Source: a virus. Taken from it: DNA of 64,000 nucleotides. Below, in pieces: positions 38,301 to 48,421 of the stretch. The notes beneath the pieces were generated by a model. It made no database searches and was not told where the DNA came from. It was given only the letters and a program-made list of their open reading frames with translations. The DNA is taken from positions 1 through 64,000 of IMG/VR virus record IMGVR_UViG_3300035670_013228; one strand, given 5' to 3'. The position numbers were made by a program, and so were the translations under genes. Each line of letters starts with the position of its first letter. The first letter of the stretch is position 1.

Positions 38301-41300
38301 CTATTTCTGTCAATAATTTATTTTTTAAGCCCAATAGTGGTATACAATCATCATCTCAAGCCACGGGTTTGTTTAGTTGTAATCTAGACAGAAACCATGA
38401 ATATATTCTAGATAATAATACTATCAATAGGATACCCATAGTTTTTAGAAATACGATTAATAGATTTGGTAATATTGATACATCTGAATCTAACAGACCT
38501 AAAAATTATACTTTCGACATATTGAATATTAGTGGTAATAAAATATATGCTAAAGATAATTTAAACTATTTACTCAAAGAAAATAATAGACCATATTATT
38601 TAGATCAAGATATTAAAAGTAATTATACTACAAATGGTATTGCATTTAGTGGATCATTGTTTAAAAATCATCAATATATATATGATATTAGATATAATCA
38701 ATTTAATTTAGATAATATACAAAAACTAATTAATTTTAGATATAATTATCAAGATCAAAATATAGTACTTACTGTTCCTTCTGGATTTATTGTTCCTTAT
38801 GACTATTTGAAAATATCTTTTCCAACAGGATTTGACTATAGTAATTCTGTAATATCTGGATCTGTCACAAGGTCTTCTGTAATAAATAGTAACAATGTTG
38901 ATCTAGAACCAGACAAAGATCATATTTTATTAGAAACATCTACTAGTATAGATCCGTCTAGTAAGCTTATACAAATAAAATTACCAGCATCACTTCCTGT
39001 GACTTCTTCTAGAGCAGGAACTTGTGTAGTTAATAATAGTCCTATTAATAGACTACAATCCGGCCTATTGATTAATTATCAAAACAGTGACAGATACGGA
39101 TACGAAATAGATTCTATGAAAGATGGTTTTAGTTTTAGTGGTGTGGTTCCCAAAAATCATTCTGTTATATCCACAAATATTACTGGTCTTTTGGATTCTA
39201 ATCATATAGGACATGCTTCTATTTTTACTTCCGGTAATGCTCTATGGTACTCTGGAGCAAGAATTCTGAGACAAGCAAATCATAACGATATTGGATTTAG
39301 TGAATATTATCTTATCAATACAAATATTAGTAATTTAGCACCCGCTAATCTTAGCGGTGTCGGATCGTCTAGTTCTCCGTATTCATATAAAATAGCTTCT
39401 TCTGGTTATAGATATTTAGAATTTTTATACTTAGGACATAATACAAATAATATTAATATTACTGGAATATTAAGTATGGTTTCTGGTGCATTATACATAT
39501 ACCATACTAATCTAACAGAACAATTTAATCAGTATAGATCATTGATTGATCAGGACCTTACGGTTAAAGATACTCTTGTTTATAGTGGAATTAATATTAG
39601 TAATAATATTGGTTTAAGTTTGAACGTTAATAGATTTGATAAAATTAAGATAGAATTATTATCGACTACTGGTATTAGTAATTTTGATTTTAGAACATAT
39701 GTTTCATCTGATATTCTGATTAAACCGTATATATTAGAAAGTTCTGGTACCTTAAATTCTAACTTACCCTTTTATCCTTTCTTTAATCCGGATCCACCCA
39801 CAGTAGTTTATTCTCCACCAACATACTCTCCTATAACAGATCCAAAATATAATATTTTTACAGACACTAATTTTTACATTCTGCCGTATATCAAAGTTAC
39901 AAAACCATATTGTGAAGCAGAATATAATAAAAATCAACAACTATTTTATAACGGTAATATTATTGATTTATATAATTTTGATAGCATTAAATCTTATTTA
40001 TTGATGGGTGATGAGTTGGAAATTATAGATTTTAATAATACTCCTATATCAATCTCGGGAGATGTATGTAAACACATATTTAAGTTTAATCCTTCTAACG
40101 AAGAACTTATTGTTAGTGGATTATCTATAGATGGTGCTTTATCTATATCTCCAAAAATTTCTTCACTCTCAATAGAAAATAATTATAGACATAATATTCC
40201 TTTTGGATTATCTTATAATCAGCTTTTATCTAATACCGGAACAATACGTTTTGTTAAATGTAATTCCGGGAATATAGATGTATATGATTACAATAATTTA
40301 TTCTATCATACTTATGGTGGTACAACAGCGTCTTTCCCATTGGATAGTAGTGGCTCATACGTACAACCTCCACAAACTGGTTCATACAGAGTGATTTATG
40401 ATCCGGATTCTTGCATGTCTGGTACTCTTTGTGTTTTAGTATCGGGATATAGAATTAATGCCTTTAGTGGATTCCCAGATATACGTAATCGATCCAATTT
40501 TTATAAGACCACAAATATTATAGATAGTAATGGAGTAAAAGGAGCTATTAGACCATACGGAACAGATAAAAGAATGTTTTTTGATTTTAATGATGGATTT
40601 CCAGAAATAAGTGACTTTTATTCTGTTGAAGACTTGATACAACCCAATATGCTTTCTATAAAAATACCATATAATAGTAACTACATTAATAAATCTGGTT
40701 TAGTTTTAATTATAGACAGTCATCAGAATATAAAAAGTCATTTAAATCCAAATCTCGACAACTCTTTCGTCACTAGTTCTGCAACATGTAATATAACTCC
40801 TTCAACAATTTTTAATTATTATGATAGAGACGCAAAAAGATGGAAACACACAGTTCATTTACAAGGACAACAACCAGCGTTTGGAGGATATGATCTTTTA
40901 TTATCTGGCAAATCTAGTAAATTGTATTCTATAAATCCAGAACCTATACAAATTTCAGGTATATCATATAGCATAGATGATGGTAATACTTTTTATACTA
41001 TTACTAGCGGATTGACTATTCCGGATAATCTATCCGAATTAACACTTAAAATTACAACATTACAAGGCGACCAACGACTTTTTGAACAAGATCAATTATC
41101 AACTCCTAAAGTTTCTATTTCTGGTTTAAGTAATTACTATGTGGAATTTAATGAACCTGGATTATACGGATGGCATGGCAAGGGTTGGAATATAGGAGTT
41201 AAAATAACAACTCCTCCTCCCAAAATTTATTCCAACAAAGATATTATACTAAGAGTAAAAGATCTTACCGGATTTGATCAAAAGACAATAACCCTAAATA

Positions 41301-44300
41301 AAAGAATTATTCCCGAAGTTAAGCCATTTGCCACAGGATTTGTACTTAATGGTAGCTCATGGCAACTAGGCTTTGATGTTACAAAAATAGATATAGAAGA
41401 TAAATTATTTAACAACGAAATCAGTGTCGATGTAATCGATACTCCTGTCTCCAATAACTATCAAATTTTACATAGTGATAATAAATCAATAGTAGTGGGT
41501 GGTAGTACAGTTGGTGCTACTACCGGTATATATTATCCTAAAATTATTTTGACAGATATTACTACATCTCCGTATACTATACTGTCTAGTGGTTCCGGCG
41601 CTCTAGTTGTTGGATCATCTATTACACAAAAACCACAGTATACTATTCAATTAAATAATTTACAATCCACATACTATTTTGATCTTACTAATCAGTCTGA
41701 TCTTATGTTCGATATTCCTGCGGATCTTGGTCCAGAACCTAATCAGGTACTTAACAATCTAATTATTACATTTAATAATGATATTGCTTACTCCTTAATT
41801 ATTGATTCTTCTTCCTATAATTATGATACCAAAAGAATAGAAGTGGTTGCTACTCCAACAACAACAGGAAATAATCCTGGTTATTATAACCAACCTAATA
41901 AATTTATTAATCAATCTGTTAGTATATCTATCAAGCAGCCAGTATACGATAACTTTGGTAATTATACATATCAAACATATAATAAAACTGCTGGATTTAA
42001 TACTGTATTTTATAAACCGGTTGGTTTTCAGCCAATATCTCAACTATCAACTATTCCTTTTAACATTACTAGTCCTTGGTCTATAGAATTTTATGTATTG
42101 AGTGGTATTTGTCAATTTGATCCTCAATCACAACCTAATGTTAGCATATTTAATACTCCTAATATTGGAAGCTATGAGAATACTCCTATAGAATATAATC
42201 TCGATTATGATTATGATAATATTTTGAAAAAATGGAAAGTTACAGCCTCTTCAACTAAAGATGTTTTTAATAGGTACATAGATCAAACTGGAATATATCC
42301 TATATCTATTTATATAGATGATGATTTTTCTAGTTTTGTAACAAATAATAGTTTTAGTATTAGATATAATCCTGTTACTAAGATGAAAAATATTAATAAT
42401 ACACTATATAGTACTCCTGATAGTATTTTTTATACCAAGGTAGATATCGAAGATACTCTAGAAAATACCACAGATTCTATATCTTTTCCGCCAACGCTTA
42501 AAGAGAGTAGTATTACATTATTATTTAATAAGACAATAAGAAAATATGATACGGATTTAAATATATGGCAAAATTCTTATATTTCAGATAATATGACAGA
42601 TAAATATGATGCTCAGCTTAATATAGAAAATAATATTTTATCTGTTAGCTGTCGAGGCATAGGAAACGATAAAATTATCGCAGTTGCAAAATTAAATACT
42701 ATGGAAATAGAAAGCAACGAACTACAAGGTGTTCCTCTTACTATAACTGGTGTTGCTGGATATTCTCCCGGAGGTGCGATAGAGGTTGAACAAGGAGAAG
42801 ATCCTTGGATACTAACTTTTAAAACAATTGGAGGATTAGCGCATATTAATTATCCACCAACTATTATACTAGAGAATATGCCAACTTTTTGCTCCGGATT
42901 TAATCCTTTAATAGATAATCAATCGCAATGCGCAAAAACACCAGTATGGAATCCTAACGACATGGGTGGTTCGTGGTCTTATATGTTTTCTGGTATACCA
43001 TCTTGTACGCTTCTTGGTCTAAAACCATTCTCTATTACCGCCATAGATACAGATCCGTCCCTACTACCATCTTCACCGTATTTGCCAGACACAGATTACC
43101 TAGAATATGCTTTTGAATATACCGCCGGATCTTTTTCTACGGGCGAACCGCCCCAGATAGTACCTGCTGAAGGAGGTAATGATATTATTAAACCTTTGTG
43201 TAATGTGTTGTATACTAAACAAATTGATTTTGGACCAGTTCTAGAAACATCTTTGTGTGGAGTCGGTCCTACCGGCATCAAACTAATAAATATTAGCGGC
43301 ACACTACCTTCTGGTTTATCATATACAGTATTTTTCCCCGAAGAACTAAATTCTCCTGTGGCCCCATATTCTAATTTGAGTAGTGGATATTTAAGAATAG
43401 AAGGCTACCCATTAACTTTTGCTAGTGGTGGTGCATATTCAGAAAATATAACTCTTAAAATAACAGACGCTAGAAATCTATCAACTTCCTTAAAAATAGA
43501 GTTTACTGATAGTTCTACACCAAATGATCCTGATATTAGTGTCCCTATTTATTTTGATACCGATGAATTACTACTCACCCCATCTACTGGAACAAAAATT
43601 GTTACTGCCAATACAGTTAATGTATGGAGACCATCTCCATCTCCAGAGTCTTTAGTTTGTAGAAGTATATTGCCACACAATAAATGTCAGACTACACAAG
43701 TATTTTATTCTGGTTTTCTCTCTTTAGATACTCGCATATATTTAACTTCTTTGGATCAAAAGGTACCATTGGCTGTTCAGGATGATATTTATATAAGTTT
43801 TGAAACACCAAATGATAATAATAATGGTGCTTATACATTAATGGAAAATGAAAGCGGAATTCATATTCTAGGAAAGGTCAGTTTAATATCTAGTGCTACA
43901 GGCATAGCTAATTTAGTTTTAGCAGACTATAAACAGTTAAATATTTCTAATTTTAATACATTTTTCCAAGGATCTATTATAGATAATACTACTTATTGTT
44001 TACTTGGTGGCGGAAGAGCAAAAATGGACAGCACAGGAAAACGCGGATTAATGGGCTTAATAGGACCGTCTTATAAAGCAAGTATAACAGGATCAACCTT
44101 TTTTGATAGTAGTAATTCTAGACTGAGTGGTCTTGAGCTAACAAGAATAAATACTCAACTGCCACAGTCCTCCTTTGTTTCATGGTCAGACTGTTGGCAA
44201 ACAGGAAGATTATATATAAGTGGTATCGTGCTACCCTCCATAAATGCCGAGATAACGGATCCGCCTCCTGCACAAAATAGATTATTTACATTTAACAATC

Positions 44301-45694
44301 TTGTAGAATCTTTATTTCCTCGTCTTGCTTTTGGCGATACAGAAACACAGAAAAACCTAATAGAGAATCAGAGATCAAAGACACTAAATTATTTCATTAA
44401 AGATCTTATATCCGGAGTTAATATTTCTGAAGGTGCAACCTCGCCAGGCAATCCGTTTTTAACACCAATATTAAATAGAAATTCTGGTACTGTTTATCAA
44501 ATTAAAATATGGAACGATGCAGATATTTTTCCGACATATAATTATCAAGCTATTCCATATTCTGAAAACGAATATATTTGGATTCATAAGGGAGATTTAT
44601 TCAACACTTTACCATCTCAAAAAACCTTTCCCCCTATCATTACGCACGGATTTGATAGTATTTCTGTAATTAATGATTTGGATGATCTTGATCCGAATGG
44701 TACAGTTATGGATCCAGTTTATGGTATAGCTATTGGGGGATATGTTCCAACAGATGATGGTATAGGAATACAAATTCCCTATTCACACACAGGAGTACCG
44801 AACAATGCTTCGCCTTGGTCAGTCACTAATTATAAGCCAATTATTAGTGGTATAATGCAAAAATCTTTATATCCAGCCGGTACAGAGGTAGAAAAAGTAG
44901 ATACTATAAACAATGAATTGGTAATAAAAAATAATAACATTAGTTATAATGTGGATGATCAATGGTGCATAGATAAAAATAATTATATCTCTACGGCATT
45001 GTATTTCTTAGATAATCCTGGAGAAATTTTTGTTTCATCTGGTAATAATACATTTATATATTTACAAAATACCGATTCAGCTACCGGATGGCTTAAAACA
45101 TTTTCCTCTGGAGATATAGTATTTCCATACCAAAATATAGAAGATGATAATATAAAAATTATGCCTTATAATATAGTATATAATGCAGAGGGTAGATTTA
45201 CTTTTCAGATCACCGGCAGATGTAACACTAGAGAAAATGAAGATTTAGTATACAAAATTGCTACTATGGAAAATCCAAACATGCCCATCTTTGATAAGAT
45301 AACATATCCATCATTAGATTTTATACCTAAAAAATATTTTCAAAACTATCCACTTTATGTTAATAAATCAATTCAAATTATTAATAATAGTGTAATAAAA
45401 ACAAATAATTTGTTATCCTTTAATATATTGGGTGGGGAAAGACCCATAAATAAGAATTTTCCAGATATACAGCTAGCCGCTGGTATTAATGGAGATTTCG
45501 GATATTGTGGGTTTTGGCGTAATACCACAGGTACCGGAAATACTATTGTGGATGAATATGATTCAATAAATGATAGACTTAATATTAAACTCATATTAAG
45601 TTCAGATTATGGTATTAATTGGTCTGCTTACGATACGATTAAAATCAAGGTGACAGACAGCACAGGATCAGACACACTGATCTATTCTGTTTAA
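32297..45694 (+). CDS. Giant 4465-aa virion fibre/adhesin
   Basis: Uninterrupted 13.4-kb ORF. Collagen G-X-Y near the N-terminus, two L[DN]ADLLD.QHG.[FY]Y fibre motifs, a cadherin-like repeat (~35960-36160), and a dystroglycan-type cadherin/He_PIG repeat (~36170-36455). Confidence 0.8.
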   Translation: MNQISIKEISPEYKYLLISQKDDSETISSTRLVISDNYTNRISFVNISQGEKGDTGPVGPQGPPGQDALSFTVLSIGSGGTNNTNYSSGNILFFDGTKITTTEYSIQDILDEAQTGANAITGILAGSGIHKIQNGNNVTLNTKIGDGLQIDANNAIIVDNSIARISDLTAGSIEGIIPISKGGTNNNFYTQNRLIYFDGFSLKSFPLSTGNFLFSGVAVNIVAGSGLIGGGSLSIPSGSIVINIPQSADILVEENSVSLTPTGTPGTYSKIVTDSKGRVIQGSNLTNADIIQILGYTPFHAGNDGIGSNLDADLLDGQHGSFYRDASNVTGILNTTVLPSSVEPGTYTKFTVASNGLISGVFFANQNDIISSLGFTPVSSTGTKNILGTTNLNGDVNINGELSIYDNLPILSTNNSSILPDTPRGISFIYGGLFTTKTGIIAYYPAEDQLKLVTNIFASGADTDGGGNQDDLNGGNAESIFLLQNLDGDASTVLLREIADSLYVKLNADEDINGIKFFNDSIFFRKPPVQISNPIGNTNPPLVIGGNTIKVSSLNADLLDDQHGFYYRNASNITGAFSYNNVTFDHIEGTHNFIPRFNDTINDPAGRISDSNLYQDNSGNIRTNDEINVIIGTSNPKTSINTLTVGVGHIVDGDNNLVVGTNNIVSGNNSIALNNSCIVDANNSIAAHSYGRAYVSNQMALGAFLTKDDTNKDLEHGQNTSINMHLPGTQAGNTWSALTPTITIPENKTFAYNVDVLISRAFGTGVAQYRFDSGIFKNATFRDSNNVFTVVNVTTQPQLAKKNEVFNNSQIRNHFHTFEHTNGSRQLQEIRTTHPPLQYNPVITENTQSSYFYTKIHKQCSGTYYKTNHGDLVLDVNKPIYSGIVNLSENTYGIKIISKNHGVRTNSNVNLLFENVTGSLLPLINDNYNVFSVINQDTFFVEQPYYSGYITYSSGLNTDFATITVDNKSISAIDTKYLSSGINATLTNNTISNLSDNNFIRNLRLDTPIIIQSGSYFFNRLVKNYNSNTIVINDPIATGTGSQQYVILNGLMKIYHIDFSFNLFKKSSKFLAKTSVDGDQIITASSTGAIANFQGSNIFGDNIYNFPIIESFYTTGNALLQTYQNTHARTGLDYTSKPTIVLENIPIPKRSSYGSGIPVRIAPLTNNSGSVFLSHKQTINGSFSYNTTQFNPYRSVYKKYDNNHMMVYYTGIDKSLNLPFTPITYELVDGFNSADNDFFSLVNINDKYYLQTTNVFNYETKNIYNIRIKAMDRKSKNFLEKSFTITVNNTTSPYSLYNIPNQEVYIDNLFDYTILSGVFNEEENGGPLSYSAKLQDGRDLPYWLFFNSNTTRFTGVPSYCDLGTYNIRVFASNNADTISKDFFIRVKDPTFETLSYENNFDTTITNITLSSDNINENLISGTIFSELNAIGSYHPYIEFLTGENSFTGTFSQNSDIVECFNRFVSYPTTIISGTAGLLRKNSSISVPANLGLSGLIATNVYKPFALTGTPALSNGNIFLTNAYNDYTDTFFSGLQIQTDHPFLPRFFTTKFFTDYYANVGARQALALETKEDDVWRDLILAENNDVIVLTHSPLTNTLLSTELRELLATNKIPLTDDEENDILIANDRLTHNTIWSVPYTGCNNGLIVDDQIILSTSRNSLINRSNIDSLLELHNTNNPSGLSLMSGSFDIEVEQWYIRDSIYNPVLSLYGFGSPDFCTLLTEDNIDLLSSESAAPSHILSNNEKDHGSRVILDNSYEILDSKYAVKDNGKLLANSVFDDLICENQDNLVHDYAIASRSGHLTILYPGHRQNYITLTFPKIEYHRFLTENEELFNDQIGNILTTESRKISYDFSYAWGKLIPFDLFSNRYFIRMNKKYLGSNTTSLVTYSETLPINNNYSISGLKQYSYVSQSGDCPVITFITGVGGFESTTYSTGNYITGVVDLYTEPGTGTITLNFNKDINLDSRDTNNLYLYNFTSTNSNLQLPVIGQYTDISILDSNTISVNNLFFKPNSGIQSSSQATGLFSCNLDRNHEYILDNNTINRIPIVFRNTINRFGNIDTSESNRPKNYTFDILNISGNKIYAKDNLNYLLKENNRPYYLDQDIKSNYTTNGIAFSGSLFKNHQYIYDIRYNQFNLDNIQKLINFRYNYQDQNIVLTVPSGFIVPYDYLKISFPTGFDYSNSVISGSVTRSSVINSNNVDLEPDKDHILLETSTSIDPSSKLIQIKLPASLPVTSSRAGTCVVNNSPINRLQSGLLINYQNSDRYGYEIDSMKDGFSFSGVVPKNHSVISTNITGLLDSNHIGHASIFTSGNALWYSGARILRQANHNDIGFSEYYLINTNISNLAPANLSGVGSSSSPYSYKIASSGYRYLEFLYLGHNTNNINITGILSMVSGALYIYHTNLTEQFNQYRSLIDQDLTVKDTLVYSGINISNNIGLSLNVNRFDKIKIELLSTTGISNFDFRTYVSSDILIKPYILESSGTLNSNLPFYPFFNPDPPTVVYSPPTYSPITDPKYNIFTDTNFYILPYIKVTKPYCEAEYNKNQQLFYNGNIIDLYNFDSIKSYLLMGDELEIIDFNNTPISISGDVCKHIFKFNPSNEELIVSGLSIDGALSISPKISSLSIENNYRHNIPFGLSYNQLLSNTGTIRFVKCNSGNIDVYDYNNLFYHTYGGTTASFPLDSSGSYVQPPQTGSYRVIYDPDSCMSGTLCVLVSGYRINAFSGFPDIRNRSNFYKTTNIIDSNGVKGAIRPYGTDKRMFFDFNDGFPEISDFYSVEDLIQPNMLSIKIPYNSNYINKSGLVLIIDSHQNIKSHLNPNLDNSFVTSSATCNITPSTIFNYYDRDAKRWKHTVHLQGQQPAFGGYDLLLSGKSSKLYSINPEPIQISGISYSIDDGNTFYTITSGLTIPDNLSELTLKITTLQGDQRLFEQDQLSTPKVSISGLSNYYVEFNEPGLYGWHGKGWNIGVKITTPPPKIYSNKDIILRVKDLTGFDQKTITLNKRIIPEVKPFATGFVLNGSSWQLGFDVTKIDIEDKLFNNEISVDVIDTPVSNNYQILHSDNKSIVVGGSTVGATTGIYYPKIILTDITTSPYTILSSGSGALVVGSSITQKPQYTIQLNNLQSTYYFDLTNQSDLMFDIPADLGPEPNQVLNNLIITFNNDIAYSLIIDSSSYNYDTKRIEVVATPTTTGNNPGYYNQPNKFINQSVSISIKQPVYDNFGNYTYQTYNKTAGFNTVFYKPVGFQPISQLSTIPFNITSPWSIEFYVLSGICQFDPQSQPNVSIFNTPNIGSYENTPIEYNLDYDYDNILKKWKVTASSTKDVFNRYIDQTGIYPISIYIDDDFSSFVTNNSFSIRYNPVTKMKNINNTLYSTPDSIFYTKVDIEDTLENTTDSISFPPTLKESSITLLFNKTIRKYDTDLNIWQNSYISDNMTDKYDAQLNIENNILSVSCRGIGNDKIIAVAKLNTMEIESNELQGVPLTITGVAGYSPGGAIEVEQGEDPWILTFKTIGGLAHINYPPTIILENMPTFCSGFNPLIDNQSQCAKTPVWNPNDMGGSWSYMFSGIPSCTLLGLKPFSITAIDTDPSLLPSSPYLPDTDYLEYAFEYTAGSFSTGEPPQIVPAEGGNDIIKPLCNVLYTKQIDFGPVLETSLCGVGPTGIKLINISGTLPSGLSYTVFFPEELNSPVAPYSNLSSGYLRIEGYPLTFASGGAYSENITLKITDARNLSTSLKIEFTDSSTPNDPDISVPIYFDTDELLLTPSTGTKIVTANTVNVWRPSPSPESLVCRSILPHNKCQTTQVFYSGFLSLDTRIYLTSLDQKVPLAVQDDIYISFETPNDNNNGAYTLMENESGIHILGKVSLISSATGIANLVLADYKQLNISNFNTFFQGSIIDNTTYCLLGGGRAKMDSTGKRGLMGLIGPSYKASITGSTFFDSSNSRLSGLELTRINTQLPQSSFVSWSDCWQTGRLYISGIVLPSINAEITDPPPAQNRLFTFNNLVESLFPRLAFGDTETQKNLIENQRSKTLNYFIKDLISGVNISEGATSPGNPFLTPILNRNSGTVYQIKIWNDADIFPTYNYQAIPYSENEYIWIHKGDLFNTLPSQKTFPPIITHGFDSISVINDLDDLDPNGTVMDPVYGIAIGGYVPTDDGIGIQIPYSHTGVPNNASPWSVTNYKPIISGIMQKSLYPAGTEVEKVDTINNELVIKNNNISYNVDDQWCIDKNNYISTALYFLDNPGEIFVSSGNNTFIYLQNTDSATGWLKTFSSGDIVFPYQNIEDDNIKIMPYNIVYNAEGRFTFQITGRCNTRENEDLVYKIATMENPNMPIFDKITYPSLDFIPKKYFQNYPLYVNKSIQIINNSVIKTNNLLSFNILGGERPINKNFPDIQLAAGINGDFGYCGFWRNTTGTGNTIVDEYDSINDRLNIKLILSSDYGINWSAYDTIKIKVTDSTGSDTLIYSV

Positions 45695-45706
45695 TAGGAT
45701 AATTTT

Positions 45707-46855
45707 ATGGCTACAATAAATATTACAGAATTACCACTAAACAGAATAACTATTAATCAAAATACAGATGATCCTAAATTTATAAGCACAAATGTTGTTA
45801 TTACAGAAAATATTCCTCCTATTACAACTATTATAGCAAATGTTGGTGTTCAGGGACCACCCGGTTCAGGACTGCCCGGGCCAATTGGTCCTCAAGGACC
45901 ACCAGGAACTGGGTTGGTCGGCCCCCAAGGTCCTGCTGGTCCTAAAGGAGATAGCGGCTCCGGCATATTATCTATAGATTTTAGTAATAATACGAATTCT
46001 ATTACCATAAATGAAGACTCTTCTACTTTATATCTAATTGGCGGTGCTGGTATAGATATCGGAATCGACAATGAAACACAAACTATAAATATAGGCAATA
46101 CTCTTGTTGGACACCAGCATATAACTTCCGATATTATTGGCTTTAATGAATTTGTAGACGATAAAGTAGCATCATTATTACAGGCTGGTACAGGCATAGG
46201 TCTAACGTATAATGACGAAGATGCCAATAAACTAATTGTATCTGTTACGGGCTTAACAACAGGAATAGATGTTCAAAGACAAAATTCAAAATTACAAAGT
46301 ATTTCAGATCTAGTAATAGAGTCAGGAAAATTATTACTAGCTAATAGCAGTTCCACATTCGAAGCGATTACATTGTCTAACACCAGTAAGAACTTTTTAA
46401 ATGACCAAACAGCAGCGGAACAAAGAAATACTCTAGGATTAGGATCAATATCCATTTATGATTCTGGAACTTTTGCTAAAATTCAGGGTGGTAATACTTT
46501 TGAGGGTATTCAATCGTTTGGTGATGGTCAGATCAATAGATTTTCCGCATCTATTAATTCGCAAAATAGCAACTCTTATGAGATACAACAATCTGATAAT
46601 GGCAAGATTATAGCATTCACCGCCAATAATAGTAGTGTATCTGTAACTTTAAATAGTAATATTTTACCGGGTTTTAACTGCTTAGCCTTGCAGTTAGGTT
46701 CGGGACAAGTTCGGCTCAGTGGTTCTATCAACAATAGATATGGTCATACAAAATTAGTTGGCCAATATTCTATAGCTACTATTGTTAAAATATCTAGTTC
46801 TCCATATATTGTTGTGCTTTCCGGAGATACGACCAGCGATAATTCTGGACCATGA
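45707..46855 (+). CDS. Collagen-repeat fibre protein
   Basis: GVQGPPGSGLPGPIGPQGPPG...; C-terminal SYEIQQSDNGKII...QLGSGQV...LVGQYS.A domain common at phage fibre ends. Confidence 0.7.
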   Translation: MATINITELPLNRITINQNTDDPKFISTNVVITENIPPITTIIANVGVQGPPGSGLPGPIGPQGPPGTGLVGPQGPAGPKGDSGSGILSIDFSNNTNSITINEDSSTLYLIGGAGIDIGIDNETQTINIGNTLVGHQHITSDIIGFNEFVDDKVASLLQAGTGIGLTYNDEDANKLIVSVTGLTTGIDVQRQNSKLQSISDLVIESGKLLLANSSSTFEAITLSNTSKNFLNDQTAAEQRNTLGLGSISIYDSGTFAKIQGGNTFEGIQSFGDGQINRFSASINSQNSNSYEIQQSDNGKIIAFTANNSSVSVTLNSNILPGFNCLALQLGSGQVRLSGSINNRYGHTKLVGQYSIATIVKISSSPYIVVLSGDTTSDNSGP

Positions 46856-46870
46856 TAATAGGAATAAAGC

Positions 46871-48421
46871 ATGATACTACCACCATTTTTCGGTATATCA
46901 TCTAAATATGATGTAGATTTTATTAAACAATTAATTGTAGACTATTTACAACAAGATAGTATGGTCTACAAGAATCCAGTGTCTTCTAATAGCATTACTT
47001 TTTTACAAGCAGATGGAGTAACGTATGCCATTGTTATTCCTGCATTAAATATCACATATCTAAGTAATGATGTGCTATCTTTACCAAAGCTTAGTGATGG
47101 TTTATCTATTAGTTATAATAGTATAGACATATTATCATATGATCCTCCTCCGGAGTCACCAGAGCAAACTAATTTTATCTTTTGGTTAGAAGAAGACTCT
47201 CAGATAGAATTAGCTTGGAGTGTTCCATATAATAATCGATGCGATATTACAGAATATATATTACAATATGCTAATGTAGAAGAAAAAACTAGCTTCCTAG
47301 ACGAAAACTATGAACAGATTTTGGATGAGCTAGGCAATGCTATAAAGATGGAGTCAAATATAGATTCATATAGATGGTATACTTTTGATAAAGAATATAT
47401 ATTAATTCAAAATAGATTTAAATTACTATACGATACAAATGATTTTTTTGTTTCCGAAAAATCTAATGGAATAGGTCTGGTAAATACGTCTGTTGTGACC
47501 GAATTGACTAATAATGAACCGTATCAGTTCAGAATTGCTGCTAAAAACTGTGTTGGTCTTGGAGACTTTGGATATAGTAATATTCTTTTTCCCTTATCTA
47601 TGTCTCATATATATTGTGATATACTTTTATATTTGAGACCTAATTCAACTACTGATATATTTGCTTCTTTAGCGGATTATTCTTGTTACGACAAGAACTG
47701 TTTACCTATAGCACAGCCGTTAGTATCGTCCGAATCCGCTTTTGGTGCTGGCAGTTTATATTTTAATGGAAATTTGGATTCTTCATTAATTCCATTTACT
47801 TATCCACATATACAATGTATTAAAGATAATTTTAATTCATGGTCATTAAATAATGATTTTACTGTCGAGTTGTGGGTTAAACCAGCAACATCAAACCCTG
47901 TTGGAAATCAGACCATAATATCATCGTATAGTCAAAAACCTGACGCATCTACTAATCCGATTAATAATCATTATTGGAAATTATACTATAATAGTAGTGG
48001 CATTGTTTTTAAAATGGGTATTAGTAATACTAATTTTATAGAATTAACAACCAATTTCCCTTTGTCTTCATCATCTTTTAGTCATGTTGCTATTTGTAGA
48101 TTTAATAATTATATTAGATTATATATAAATGGCAATAAGTATGATAGAAAATATTATGATAAAGATATTATTATAGATAGTGACTATGCTATTCTTGGAG
48201 GAGATCAAACTATCAATTATATAGTTTCTGATACTCAAAATATAGATAGGGGCTTAATAGCAGAACCTTATATTGGTTATATAGATAATGTAATGATTAG
48301 TAAATCAGCCCGATATGCCAAAAACTTTACACCTTCGGAATACACAAATGAATCAGATTGCGATTTGTGTTCGGAACTAGAAGCCCCATCTAACTTAACC
48401 GTATCCTATATTGTAGAATAA
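46871..48421 (+). CDS. FN3 + LamG (ConA-like) virion protein
   Basis: IELAWSVP...YQFRIAAKN.VG; DFTVELWVKP...HVAICR....RLYING...GYIDNVMI...RY..NFTP. Confidence 0.8.
   Translation: MILPPFFGISSKYDVDFIKQLIVDYLQQDSMVYKNPVSSNSITFLQADGVTYAIVIPALNITYLSNDVLSLPKLSDGLSISYNSIDILSYDPPPESPEQTNFIFWLEEDSQIELAWSVPYNNRCDITEYILQYANVEEKTSFLDENYEQILDELGNAIKMESNIDSYRWYTFDKEYILIQNRFKLLYDTNDFFVSEKSNGIGLVNTSVVTELTNNEPYQFRIAAKNCVGLGDFGYSNILFPLSMSHIYCDILLYLRPNSTTDIFASLADYSCYDKNCLPIAQPLVSSESAFGAGSLYFNGNLDSSLIPFTYPHIQCIKDNFNSWSLNNDFTVELWVKPATSNPVGNQTIISSYSQKPDASTNPINNHYWKLYYNSSGIVFKMGISNTNFIELTTNFPLSSSSFSHVAICRFNNYIRLYINGNKYDRKYYDKDIIIDSDYAILGGDQTINYIVSDTQNIDRGLIAEPYIGYIDNVMISKSARYAKNFTPSEYTNESDCDLCSELEAPSNLTVSYIVE

Noticed and set aside
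45848-45960. GC-rich periodic DNA in the 382-aa gene (also about 32443-32496)
   Set aside because: It encodes ordinary collagen G-X-Y repeats.
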